Source: Macrostomum lignano (lineage: Eukaryota). From it: a stretch of DNA of 64,000 nucleotides. Position 1 is the first letter of the stretch. Each line of letters starts with the position of its first letter. A program made the position numbers and the translations under genes. The DNA lies in the NCBI GenBank assembly GCA_002269645.1, contig NIVC01000567.1, positions 310,001 through 374,000 of the forward strand, in the 5' to 3' direction. This document shows, piece after piece, positions 1-14,000 of the stretch. Below the pieces are notes generated by a model. The model did no database searches and had not been told where the DNA came from. It saw nothing but the letters and a program-made list of their open reading frames with translations.

Positions 1-978
1 TGATATGCTGACTGCCAACTGACTTTAGACCATAGACAATTTACGTGCATTATAGTTAATTAAATAGCTACTCCGTCAATCTGATTGGTTTGTTTAATTT
101 CTTCGAAAAGTCATTGGTCTAGTTTTTCTTCTTTGCTCACTATAATACGAATATATGTACTTTTAGTTTATTTAGAAGCACGGCGATTATTATTTGCATT
201 CCCAAGACGTCGTTGCGTCATCAGACTTAATTTTATTTTATTGTCTATCTAAAAGGGACATTTATCAGAATTTCAGTCATCGAGTGGATTCACTACTTGG
301 TTTGCAGATACTCTTGAGTCACCGATTTTCAATTTGAAATAGATATTAAGACTGCCAGCCAGACAATAGGACAACTATACCGGGTAACTCTAACTCATGT
401 CTCTTAATCTTTAATCAGACCAGGTACGTTGATTAATTATTTATTTATGTGGTATATATGACCAATTTCATGACTTCTTTGACGCTAGACGTCATGGTTA
501 TGACTTCTTTGACGCTTTTTGTGCGGAGATTTGATTAGGAAAACTTGATTAGGAAACTCCAATTCAAAAAATATGTAATCACATTAGACTTGCTGTTTTC
601 AATCGTGAACTTCTGCAAATGGCTTTCAGCTTTCATTTTCTATTTTGATTGATTCTGGCCTTGATATTCAACTAAAATCATACGTATGGCATGCTGTCCA
701 GTAGCTAAGCAAGTTTTTTTAGTGTATCGCCATCTGCGCATGGACTTTTAGGCTCACAACGTTTTAAACGTGCTGATTACCTTTCGTGGCTTCATAGAAA
801 TACCAGTTTATATATACTTTGATAACTTATCGGAGCATTAATTAAGGAATTTTTGTAGCGTACTATCAATTTTATTATCTGAATTCGGTCGAGATTTAAT
901 TGTAAAAATGCATCGAACGTCGGAAGACTTAATCTTCGTGCGCCTTCTTGGTCTTGTCATTATGGACACTGAAAAATG

Positions 979-2485
979 GGGTCTACGACGTTTGCCTGCG
1001 GGACGTTTGCCAGCCGACGTTTGCCTGCGGGACGTTTGCCAGCCGACATTTGCCAGCCGACGTTTGCCAGCCGACGTTTGCCAGCAGGACGTTTGCCAGC
1101 CGAAGTTTGCCTGCCGGACGTTTGCCTGCGGGACGTTTGCCAGCCGACGTTTGCCAGCCGACGTTTGCCAGCCGACATTTGCCAGCCGACATTTGCCAGC
1201 CGACGTTTGCCTGCCGGACGTTTGCCAGCCGACGTTTGCCTGCCGGAAGTTTGCCAGCCAAAATTTGCTAGCCAATATAAAGCCAGTCAGTGAAAAATTT
1301 GATACTGAAACATTCGCAGTTTAGCGGTTTGACAAAAACCGTTTTTACTCCAACTTTTTGACGGTTATTCGCATATATACAAGTTTGAAAGCAAAATCTA
1401 TAAATTATGAAATTTATGCAAAATCTATATAAATTATGCAATTTATATAGATTTACATCTAATATCCAGTTTAACAACGATTTTCTTTGAATGTGAAAAT
1501 ATTGTTTACTTTTGACAATTGTGTATCGTTTTTCCCAGTTTGAGATGTTTGATTTTTGATGTGCGAAAGAAGACGCGCAGATTACAACGGGAATCTCCAG
1601 CGATTAAGTTATGAGGCAAACAAATAGAGCTGCTGAGCGGTAATTCTGGCTCATATATTTCTCAGTTCATTGGGAGATCTAAAAGTAAGCAAATTGATTC
1701 CAATGCTGTTGTATTACTACTCAAGTAAGCAAGGAAACCGCGATCTCAACGTACATGTGTAGACGAGTCGAATGCGGTACGTTTTTATAGTAAGCTATAT
1801 AGCTGAATAGCCAGACAAGCCGCCAGTAGCAAGCTAGTAGAATAGCAAGCGCTAGACACTACGTATGCAAAGCTTAGTCATGCCAAGGACTACTAAAGTA
1901 GAAGTACGCAGCACTCGAAATCTATGAAAAATGTTTTGAAGGCCATAGGGAGATAGGAAGTTTTCATATTTTCAGCACAAAAATTGTTATTGCTTTCATA
2001 CGAGGCAAACCCATGTTCATCTTTTGATATGTTGTGCCAAAATCGTTGTTAAACTAGATATTAGACGTTAGACTGATGAACTGCATAATTTATATATTTT
2101 GCTTTCAAACTTGTATACATGCGAATAACCGTCAAAAAGTTGGAGTAAAAACGGTTTTTGTCAAACCGCTAAACTGCGAATGTTTCAGTATCAAATTTTT
2201 CACTGACTGGCTTTATATTGGCTAGCAAATTTTGGCTGGCAAACTTCCGGCAGGCAAACGTCGGCTGGCAAACGTCCCACTGGCAAACGTCGGCTGGCAA
2301 ACGTCGGCTGGCAAATGTCGGCTGGCAAACGTCCCGCAGGCAAACGTCGGCTGGCAAACGTCCGGCAGGCAAACTGCGGCTGGCAAACGTCGGCTGACAA
2401 ACGTCGGCTGGCAAATGTCGGCTGGCAAACGTCCCGCAGGCAAACGTCGGCTGGCAAACGTCCCGCAGGCAAACGTCCCTATCCC
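979..2485. mobile_element. Non-autonomous foldback-type DNA transposon: ~500-bp inverted arms with 15-bp subrepeats, 8-bp TSD
   Basis: Arm ~979-1485 is the reverse complement of arm ~2040-2485 (GACGTTTGCCAGCC-type subrepeats plus a ~220-bp unique part). Both ends start GGG-N5-GACGTTTGCC. GAAAAATG flanks both sides (971-978, 2486-2493). No transposase ORF in the spacer. Confidence 0.8.
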
Positions 2486-5308
2486 GAAAAATGTATCTTT
2501 GTCCTTTGCCTCTGTATCTGCATCTCGTGATTCGTGAATACTGCAGTTCAAAGCACACTTTTGGATTTGCTTGCTATAGCGCTATGTACTTTTAAATGTA
2601 CAGATTGACAGTGCTATAAGAATAGCATTCAGTTGGCACTTAAAACGTAATACATACATGTTAAAATGTATAGACTTGAACCGAGATTTTCTAATTCAGC
2701 TGACAGCCACCTAAATCCAGCCATTTATCCGATATTTTAACCGAAATTAGCAGAACAACGCCAGAAATATCACTGACTCGGCTGCTTTGGAAAACGTTGA
2801 TGTTTGACCACTCACGGTTTTTGGTAATCATTTCTCCGGGGTCACGTCACAGCTTGCCGCATAAATTATTTGATTAAATTTTTAACTGTTTCTGTTTACG
2901 CATTTTGGAATATTGTCGAACAATTTTGTAGGAAATAAATATATATGTATGAATCCTAAGTCCCAACCCTGGACTTTGATATCCTTGTTGATAGCATTCA
3001 ATGTTGTTAGTTACCTCAAAAAATCAATGCACAATTGCATGTTTTTTATGTACAACCCTGAAGCAGTAAACGCATATTGGCCTCATTGAATATGGATTAG
3101 AATTGGAAGCTACAGAAAGTTGAAACAATTAACGTATAAATAAATAAAATTACGTGTAGTTGTAGCCTTTGTAACAGTGAATAGACGTAGGAGAAACAAA
3201 CAATTTACAATTTACAAATACGTAAATTGTACCTCTTACCTCTTTCTTAAAGTTGTGACTGGGTGCTTCGTATATAAAAGGTCTTTGTCTCGCGTAAAAA
3301 TCAATAAACGATCCGTCGCCAGGCTAAGCTACCAGTACCAGCCTAGATAAGTCTTAAAGAATTCTAAATCTTATGGGCAGTCGAATTTACGCAACAGTGA
3401 CAGTGAGATATTAATAAACTTACTAATTGCATAGGAGTTTCAAAAATGGTATTTGGGAACTTTAGGAAGTCCAGTCCAGATGACGGATGAGGCACGAGAA
3501 TCTATACTGTAGCAAGAACGAAGACTGTCTTGAGGGAATTAGCCGGAATGTTAGGGTGGAGCTTGCATTTTATATGCGAAGAAAAATCGATAATTTTACT
3601 GTACACCGCTTAATCTATATTTAGAAACTATGTACAATTGTACACATCTTTCTATAGCTGAATTGTGAAGGAAGGCGTAAGTTAGGGCAGGGCCGCAGGG
3701 GCTATACGAACCCTCTACTGGCATTTAAGGGCCAATAAACAATGTACAGCCATGAAAAAGGGTGTAGAAGAAAAATCGATAAGTTTCTATTGGTTACAAG
3801 AACTATGGGCTGGACTAGAGACGAAATGCCACCCCAGCGAGGCTTTGGGCCGCAGACCCGTCAGGCCGTTTCATTGTACAGTGAGAAAGAAGCAGCCAAT
3901 AAACTGCTAGCGAGAATATACTAGTGCGGGGGGAGGGAAAGTGGGGGGTTGTGTTGTGCGTCACTCCCCCTTCCCCCACGCATGCGTAGCCAGACATGGA
4001 GAGAGAGGTTTGAAGCGGTGAGGGGTTGAATCAGCGGAGGTTGAATCAGCGCACTGTGGGGGAGAGAAAATATCGACTGAACTAAACTAGCTTTCATGAG
4101 AGAGAGAGAGGCAGTAGAGGGAGTTTTTACACTAAAGAACGCGCGTGCATGACTAATGTACAGAAAGACTTTGCCTCCAATTCCACAAACACGTAGCTAT
4201 TCGGCAATAGGGAGTAAGGCAAAACTTTTAAAGCTAAACTTAAATGTACGCAACGCGCTAGAGATAAAGAAATAAATAAATAAAGGGGTTGGGGGCGCTT
4301 GGCAATGGGCACAGAGGATAATTCAAAATCGTTAAAATCTGAATTTACTTTAGGTGTTAACTCTTAAGTTTTAAGTTTTTTGACATGCGTATTGCTTGCG
4401 TATGTGATTCAATTTTTTGACATGCGGTTGTGGTTATACTGGAAATTTGAAAACGTTTACTTTTGACTGATTTTTAATTGCAAATTTTCTTTTAATTCTG
4501 ATTAAGACTTAAGTAGAAACAAAAGTATAATGGACTTAATGGACTTAACAAGTCGGAGAGGTTTAAACTTTGAATGTAACATCGTAGATTCCAAAAATAA
4601 AGCATCTGGAGAGGAACCTCATTAGTCTAGAAAGGCGCACAAGTCTGGAAATTGGCGCAATTCTTGTTTCTTTTTAATTAGATTGTGCTGTGCAGTGTGC
4701 ATTAGTGCATAATGCATATGGTTTTGGCACTTATTATTTTACTTGGATTGAACTGCCAGATGCAGATACTTTATTCGAGGGGGTGGATTAAGTTCTTCTA
4801 AAACGCTTGAGAGCATCCCATCCCGATCCCACACATAAATGAACGCAAGAAATTACTAAACTACAATAAGAATGGACAAAAAATTGTCAGATGCATCCTC
4901 CCCCATGCCCATTCCCCACTCCCTACGCCACTGGATTCGGAGACACTTTTATGATGGGGACTCAGAGGCACAAAAATTCTGCCACAGTCAATGAAAATCG
5001 AAGCAGAAAAATAATTTTATAAAGTTATGTGTATTTCCCATATAAAAAATCAAAAATCAAACTCAATGGGGGGGGCGCACCCTGTGTGCATCGCCCCCTA
5101 AATCCGCAACTGTCCTATACGCTCGTAGTCACTTGACACTTAGTTGTCATACTCCTATTTTCTTTACATGTACTGATGTACAATACAACATACAAGTATC
5201 TCTACCAGCGACCAATCACAGTAGTCTTAATCGACTTAGGGCTTAGAGCTTAAGGGCTTTATATACTGGGTGAGAGGTGCCGGCCTGTGAGGTGCGGTCT
5301 GCGGACAT

Positions 5309-5346
5309 GTCACGTGACTCGTGAGTCACGGTGAATGCTATAAATA
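5309..5346 (+). promoter_or_regulatory. Cluster of E-box palindrome, AP-1-like site and TATA box
   Basis: GTCACGTGAC (5309-5318), CGTGAGTCACG (5320-5330), TATAAATA (5339-5346). No downstream gene identified. Confidence 0.3.
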
Positions 5347-5734
5347 GCATCAAATAGTTGAATAGTTGAATAGTTGAATTTGGAGAAACAATATAATTAT
5401 CACGAATGCGTTAATTATTTGTGTTAATGATAAATAAATGATAAATAATGGTAGGCGCCGACGTACCTACCTAAGTGATTCGGTTGAAATGTCGTGCCCA
5501 GGTTGAAGCTGAGATAGTGAAGGCCTTTCTTCGCAGATTCAGCTTGCTTGCAAGTCACTGTACAGTTGCTTGTCCAACTGTCTATGCACTTCAAGGGGGC
5601 GCATAAAAAGGAGGGCAGGGTGGGGTAGAAATTATTGATTGAAACCAGCGGGTTTTGCAACCTCCTCTCATTGGCTAGGCAAACATAGCTTTGTGCTGGT
5701 TGGCTTATCGATTTACTCGTCTAGTCGCAACCCC

Positions 5735-5838
5735 CCTCCATTAGCTAACCTTTCTTTTCTAGAATTAAAATTTGCTTTGCTTTGTGCCTCCATTAGCTAA
5801 CCTTTCTTTTCTAGAATTAAAATTTGCTTTGCTTTGTG
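5735..5838. repeat. Exact 52-bp tandem duplication
   Basis: CCTCCATTAGCTAACCTTTCTTTTCTAGAATTAAAATTTGCTTTGCTTTGTG occurs twice in tandem. Confidence 0.85.
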
Positions 5839-8020
5839 CGCGTAGTGCTAGAAGGTTTAACGCCTTTTCAGTTCAGATGAACAGAGAGAGGTGGAGGTGC
5901 TTTGAACATAAAAGCGAGCGAGAAGGCAGACACAAGGGGACACAAGAATTTTGGGGTGTTGAGCCAGGCCGGAGTGGACTGATCTATTTTTAGCACATAC
6001 ACTGGGCCACAAAGCAGAGCTTTCCACCCCGCCACGTTCTCCTCCGGGGGGATGGGGGGTTGGAGGCGAATCCAAACCACCCCACGCTCCTCTCTCTTAT
6101 CTGTCCTCTTTCCTCATTTTTAATCAAACAGCCAATGGGCATTCGTGTACACTTTACAGTCTTTTGGCCTGTTCTGAATGTGATATTCACATGCATGCAG
6201 TGTAGAAAAAATCTTATCTATTTATTATCTCTGATCTAGATTCTAAATTAAGCCGTTGTTCACTATCTATAATATTAATAACATTGCATAAAAATACCAT
6301 TTTTCAATATTTCAAATTCGAGTTATTCTTTCATTTATAAGTGGCAAACATCGCTGAATTGGAAATCAGACGGTTAATTAACCATCTTTTAGGACTTGGG
6401 TCTTTGTTAAGAGAAACAAAGATAGCTACGTGAAACATTTCAGGGTGGGGCCAGTCACACACATGGAGATAGATCCGATATACATAGTTCTTCACTTTTA
6501 TAACAAGGACACAATATTGTTCCATAAGAAAACCAGCTGACTAGGCTAAATGTATAACTGCTCGTAGTCGTAGTAGATGTATAGTTGTATACCTCTTATA
6601 GCTAAAGCTATAAGTATACGAGCCATTAAGAATACTCGTATAAGCCTGCTAAGATTCTGATAAAAATTATGCTTCACTTAAGAGTCAATTTGTAATTGTA
6701 ATAGTGCAATCTCCACAACAAATGATTATTTCGGCCATAGCATAGTTGCACTATAGTACCTGCACTGTGTCGATCACAGTTGAGTAAATTTAGAGTTGAG
6801 AGGAGTTTACTATGCATGCATGAACTTCTGAGAACTTTGACAATGACAGAGGAGAATTTGTGATGTCAAATTTAAACTTCTCACGTTGCGTCACAGAAAT
6901 ACAAACCAGCTGTACAAAAATCAATACAATTCAATTGCGAAAAAAAAGAAGTTGATTAAGTCAAGTCAGAAAATTATAGCAAAGCTCCAATATAAGTTTT
7001 TCGGTCAAGGGCAGCGCGCAAAATAGCCAACTCAAGTGCAAATAACTTAGCTGAAGTGCGTCATTCTATTTAAATGGCAACAAGCCACGAATCCAGTTGC
7101 TTTTCAAGTCGAGTGCAGCATTAAAGTCATTTCAGGTGGCAAACTCGTTCGTTAATTCTGTGAGCCCCCCTTAGGCGGAGACTAGAAAAAAACAAAGGGG
7201 GGACCAAGCGACTTTTCGCAAAAAACAGAGCCACCCCTCCGCCCCCTCCCGAGTCTTTACCCTCTAGAATCCCCACAAAATTTCTGGTTGCGCTACTGGT
7301 TGAGTTGACTTTGTCGCTCGCACTTTACGCGATCGGTTGTTCGTCAATTGTTGTCATTGCGCAGCAGCGGGATGAATATCGAGAAGCGCTCTGATTGGAT
7401 AATTTGCACTTGACTTGGCTATTTAGATTGAGATGGCTATCAACTTGAGTTGGGTATTGTGCGCTACATGACTGGGAAAACCTATTTAATCTGATTTCTC
7501 AGTTAAAAGCATGAGTACTGATCTGAACCTAAAACACCTAATGCACATTGACATTGTACACACGCAGGTTAGGTCTTCCGAGCCCACAATTCCGTACTCT
7601 GCAGGATCGAAAAGTGTACAGTTCAGTTGATGAAGATACTATCATGTGACATCAACAATCAACAGAGGTCCAGACACCACACTAAGAATGATTTGTTGAA
7701 AAGGCACATTAACAAACAAAAAGATCTAAATGTAACACGTACAGCAGCTAGGGAGTTCAAAAGCTGGAATTTTCCTGCATGGAAATAAGAACAGAAATGT
7801 AAATAATCCGACGATATGCAAAGTTTCGAGCTTTATGAAGTTTCCTGTCTTCAAGGATATGAAATTTCGAGATTGTGGTGTTGACCCGTACAGCTAGCAA
7901 TCACGATTTACATGTAGCCAAAAACAAACAGTGTTGTCGTGTTGTGTAACTACCAGGTAAAAGAACACAGACAGGAACGTGGAATCCAAACTATTCACTC
8001 TCTAGAAACATTGTGCAAAA

Positions 8021-11000
8021 TTATAACGGTTTAATCTTCATTTCAATTGACTTAAGCGAATAATGCGGTCCTTTCCAAGTCTTCCAGACGATACCATCGC
8101 ACTTCTTGTTGGGTATTGCTCCGCCCTGATAGTATTGACCAGTGGGATTCGCTCGATAGCACGAGAAGTACCAGAAACCGCCGCGAAAGCGTTTAGCGCA
8201 GTTGCCGCCAAATTTAGTATCAACAAGATCATTGTCCGAGTCGAAGGTGCTGAACGACGCGTTCGAGTGGCTGCCTAGCGAGTCGCCGACGCTTGCGTCG
8301 CCATGGAAACGGTCCACGATAAGCTTGTAGTTGTACTGTTTGCCAAAAACAAAGAAGCGATCGTAGTTGACATGCTTGACTAAACCCTCCCAGTCTTCCA
8401 GAACCACCCACAGCTGGTATTCGCGTCTAGACGTCATCTCGGCAAGTGCATCCAGTCCGAGAAAGTGCTCGCCCGACGGATCTAAAAATAGGATTAAGCA
8501 AAGTGTATTTTTAACATTCTGCATGGTACGTACGTAACACTTAAAAACGTCTGTAGCGTTCTTGCATTAGCAAGTGTTTAGGTGTAAGTGTTCTATGGGT
8601 ACATGTACTCTGTACATGTACATGGATACCAAATAATAGCTATATAGACCCTCATAAGTTACTCAGACCTTCATAGTCGTGACGCATAGCACCAGGGGTA
8701 GCCAGGATCTTTCTTTCATTAGTAGGGGGATGTTTGGCATCTCAGTGGCGTAGCCAGGAATTTCAATTGGGGGGGGGGGGGCAGGTTGGCCTGGCTGGCC
8801 ATGCCTTATGCCATTGCCACTTCTGGCGCAGCAGGCACTCATTTTGGCGCCGCAGGCACTCATTTTAGCGCCGCAGGCACTCAATTGCCTCATGGTTTTT
8901 GGTACCCGCCGCGCCCAACCCCACCCCCCTCAGGCGATTGGGGGGAGGGGGGGGGCGCGGCCCCCCTGCCCTCCCCTGGCTACGCCACTGTGGCATCTTG
9001 ATCAACAAAGCAGATGAAGTTTTGAAGAAGTTGAGTTACCATCCAATGACATTGCTTAACCTGTCTTTGCTATACTCAGCAACAGTCACAAGTTCCACCC
9101 TCCAAGCGAGATGAATTTTTTTTCACTATTGCTAGTGACGCAACTTACTTCGCACGTGCAAAGCTTAATTATTGCCTTTGCCACCTGGGGCTGGGGATGG
9201 TTTGGGTCTGCCGATGCCGATGCCGTTAGTCAACTGAAAGAACAGCTACAGCTGCACACTCTGCGCCGGCCTTCCCGATCCTCAGACATGAATCCCATCG
9301 AGCATGTCTGAGATTTCCTAAAATTCTGCGATCGAAAAGAAAATTCACCACAACAGAATGTTGCGGAGCTGCGTCATGCCTTTGAAAACGCTTGGCGGCA
9401 GCTTCCCCAGGACTTTCTGCGGCCCCTCCTTTTCCTGGGAATGCAACCCAGAGTCGCCGCACTTCTGCGTGCGGGGGATCCCACACGCGTTATTAAACAT
9501 CGCGATTCTAACTGAAGATTGCAAAAAAAAACTGTTATGATTTTGTGCGAATGAGGTTTATTATTGAGTCAATCAACTCTCTTTCCTCGCGGCGTGCCGG
9601 CGGCTTATTTACGTAACCGAAGGGTTGAATTGTGAGTGCAAAGTTGTCGCAAACAGTGAGAAAATTTTCATCTCGCTCGGAGGGTGGAACTTTTGACTGT
9701 TGCTGAATGCTGAGTATAGATTTAATGGGCGATGGGCAAGATAATATACTCGTAGTTATAGTAATACCCTAAGGAAGCCAAATTAAAAGCCTCAAACTTT
9801 TTGAATTGACGTCTTGTTAGATTTGTTAGTTATTGTTAGATTTTTTTATTTTTATTTAACTGTGGAGCAAATCAATGACATTTGAAATTTCACTGTAGGA
9901 GACCGAGTTGATCCACACGTTACATTACCTTTTATGTAAATTATATTGCATGATCTTTGCGGTCAGCAAATTACATGTACACTCACTCAGCAACATGTTA
10001 AAGTTTCCACTCCAAAACCAGTGGTCATTGGTCAACTTTCCTCAGATCTGAGATTCTCAGCCCCAAGTGACGCAATTCACACTCCACGCGTCCGCGGGCT
10101 CGTATGGGCTGATTTCGCAATCAAGCTAATATGACGAAAAATAAACTGATATTAGTGTATTGTCAATGATAACATTAAGATTTAATTAATTCATTCATTC
10201 ATTATTCACTGGCTTCAGGGTGGAAACTTTAACATGTTGCTGAGTGTATAGCTACTGTACACCCAGGTGTAAAACTGAATATTAAAGATGGCTCCTAAGA
10301 TTTCAAAAGATTTCATAACGTGCAGAATGCAGATGCTAGAAATTGTTTTTGAAATCATACGTCACGTCACTCGTCAGTGTGGCCTGAGTAAACTGGAGAG
10401 CTTCTGATCCAGTTTAAAGGCCGGTTAGAACTGGTTCTGAGAACACACCATCTTTTCCTTCCCTCAAACTGAAAAAAGTCAGTGAACTATGGGGGTAAAC
10501 AAGAAGCGTCTTCTCGCCCAGATTTACCCCCTCCCCCATCTATATGTACACTCAGCTGTGTACATTCATTTCTTGCACGCGAACCTTAAAATAGCCTTTT
10601 CGTATCTCTCTCTCTCTCTCTTTTTCTCTCTCTATCTATTATATCACGCTTAAAGCGCGTGACACGAAGTAAACTTTACATTGCGACGCGAGTGACCTTC
10701 AAAGGGGACCGTTTTACTTATCAGATAATTTTAGTGTGGGATCTCATAATGTAGTAAAAAGTCCTTTGCGAAACATTTTTTACATTTTAGGAAACAGTCA
10801 AATTGGATTTTATACAACTGTCGGTACTTTCTGTCTGTCCTTTCCTGATACTAAAATGCATCAACGAAAAATGAATCGATACAATTCTCATTTAGTTACC
10901 CATGCTGAAGTAACTTTAGCTATGCCTATGCCTATGCGATATAAACGTCAACCTTTACGCATTGATTTATTGAATGAAGTATTTTACATGTACGTTCGAT

Positions 11001-14000
11001 AACAAAAACAATATCACAAATAAAGTCAAGTATCTAATAGCTATATGTTGGGCCTTTAAGTGATATTTAAATGCATTTCAGTGATAATATATATAGCTAC
11101 AGAAAAAGCTAGCCTACAATACAATACATGTACCTACCTACCTACCTTACCTACCTACCTACTACCTACCTACCTACCTACCCACCTACCTACCTACCTA
11201 CCTACCTACCTACCTACCTACCTACCTACCTACCTACCTACCTACCTACCTATCTACTACCTACCTACCTACTACATACCTACCTACTACCTACCTACCT
11301 GCCTGTTTGCCTGCCTGCCGGCCTGACGTCTACTCACCCCACATGCCTACTCTGCCTACCTATATGGGTGTACACGCGTAACCTTCCTAAAAATACGCAT
11401 TAAACAATTCCGCTGGCAATTTCGCTAAAGAGTCAAACAAAGAAGATCAAACAAAGAGTTCCACCCTTCCTAGTCCTAGCTCTTTGTCTAGTCATTGCGT
11501 CAATGTTGGTCTCATTCTGATTCTATACTAATAGATAAAATCGGAATTCAAACCCACAAGAATTCAATTTCTGCGCTTATAGTCTATCATCATTCGCTAC
11601 GCTCAATTGCCTACTGTATTCGAAATATTGAGAGTTGGGGAAAGGAAAATTAAATGCCGAGGTGAATAAATAAATAAATAAAGTCAGAACTGTGACTGCA
11701 GGCTGAGTCAGAAATGAATTTGACTGTTTTAGCTCACAACTCCACTCAACTATGCAATTTGTTTTGTGTTTTGTTCGGATTTAGTGTAATGGGCACTATC
11801 ACTCACTCGCAAGTAGCGTTCGCAGGAATTTTAATTACTGGGGCAGCAACCCTAAAATATAAGGGGCGCCAGTTTCTAGCCTGCGTCTTGGTGAGCACCC
11901 CTTGTCGCTTGTTGGGTGCCCCTGTCTCTCGGTGGGCGCCCCTGTCTCACGGTGGACACCCCTGTCTCTCGGTGGACACCCCTGTCTCTCGGTGGACACC
12001 CCTGTCTCTCAGTGGACACCCCTGTCTCTCGGTGGACACCCCTGTCTCTCGGTGGACACCCCTGTCTCTCGGTGGACACCCCTGTCTCTCGGTGGACATC
12101 CCTGTCTCTCGGTGGACACCCCTGTCTCTCGGTGGACACCCCTGTCTCTCGGTGGACACCCCTGTCTCTCAGTGGACACCCCTGTCTCTCGGTGGACACC
12201 CCTGTCTCTCAGTGGACACCCCTGTCTCTCGGTGGACACCCCTGTCTCTCAGTGGACACCCCTGTCTCTCGGTGGACATCCCTGTATCTTATTCCAGTAA
12301 ATGCCAAGTCTAAGAGGTGGCAAAAGTTCAGTTCCTGTCAACTTCTTTCATTCAGTTTTTGGAGGATTTTTGTGGGGTCGATTGGGGGGGGGGGCGCGAG
12401 CCCTGACTGCGTATACGCCACTGCTTGCTCGTACGACGTTAGTCTCATTCAAACAATAGGCTATTATTCATCGATAGGTCACCCGTTACCCGTGTCGGGC
12501 CGTGATGATAAAGAAAAGTGAAGACTGAATACTTCCCTTAAGATTTGTCAAGATATTACTCTTTTTCATTCTAGTATTTTTTCAATAACCTGAGCTGTCT
12601 GTCGCTTACTGAGAAGCTTGGTCCAGTTTGAAATAACTGTCTAGCCTAGTTTTTAGATCCTAAACTTGCAATACTAATTGCAGAGATTACTACTATACTA
12701 CTATTAGTAGACTTTAGAGACTAGTACTCTACATACACCTTTCTAGCTGTCGCCCTCTCTGTAGCTGTCGCCCCTCTAGCTGTCGCCCCTCTGTAGCTGT
12801 CGCCCCTCTAGCTGTCGCCCCTCTGTAGCTGTCGTCCCTCTGTAGCTGTCGCCCCTCTGTAGCTGTCGGTTCCCTCTGTAGCTGTCACCCCTCTGTAGCT
12901 ATCGCCACTTGTAGCTGTCGCCCCTCTAGCTGTCACCCCTGTAGCTGTCGCACCTCTAGCTGTCGTTCCCTCTGTAGCTGTCGCCCCTCTGTAGCTGTCG
13001 CCCCTCTGTAGCTGTCGCCCTCTGTATCTGTCGCCCCTCTGTAGCTTTCGCCCCTCTGTAGATGTCACCCTTCTGTTGCTGTCACCCCTCTGTAGCTGTC
13101 GCCCCTCTGTAGCTGTCACCCCTCTGTAGCTGTCGCCCCTCTGTAGCTGTCACCCCTCTGTAGCAGTCGCCCTCTGTAGCTGTCGCCCCTCTGTAGCTTT
13201 CGCCCCTCTGTAGCTGTCGCCCCTCTGTAGCTGTCGCCCCTCTGTAGCTGTCGCCCTCTGTAGCTGTCGCCCCTCTGTAGCTTTCGCCCCTCTGTAGCTG
13301 TCGCCCCTCTGTAGCTGTCGCCCCTCTGTAGCTGTCACCCCTCTGTAGCTGTCGCCCCTCTGTAGCTGTCGCCCCTCTGTAGCTGTCGTTTTCTCTGTAG
13401 CTTCCGTTCCTTTTATAGCTGGCATGCTCGTAAACAACAAGGGCCTGCTTTCAAGCTACAAGTTAATGCGAAGAAACACTCTCACTCTAAAGCAAAAACA
13501 CTCTAGCTTGCTTACCACCAAATCCGCTTCGATATTCGGTCCAATTCCGAAAGAAGTCGGTTTTTCCGTCGCTTCGACTCAAAATATATGTCCAGCCTTC
13601 GTTTCGCATGTCGCAGCGCACCTGTACCGGTTTTGTCAAGCCCAGATTAGTTGAGAACACGCCATCGGAAAGGTCTGACGCAGAATCGCGTTGCTTGGTT
13701 TTCTCTTTGGCGTAGATGTCGGAACAGTCTGTGAAGAGTTTTCATGTATTCATGTATTTCATGTATTCATGATAAGACAAGTTGGTACACATTAGTAAAA
13801 CCTACTGAAGTATCACAATAGTCAGTTTTAAAGCCTCTGGTGCAAAAGCCCCCCCTCGGTGTTTCCGGCCAACTCAAAATGAAATGGCACCCCTTAAAAT
13901 AAAATGGCACCCTCTCAAAATGAAATGGTGATTTTCAAAAGGAAGTGGCACTTCTCAAAACAAAACAACACTCCTCAAAATGAAATGGCACCCCCTCTAA

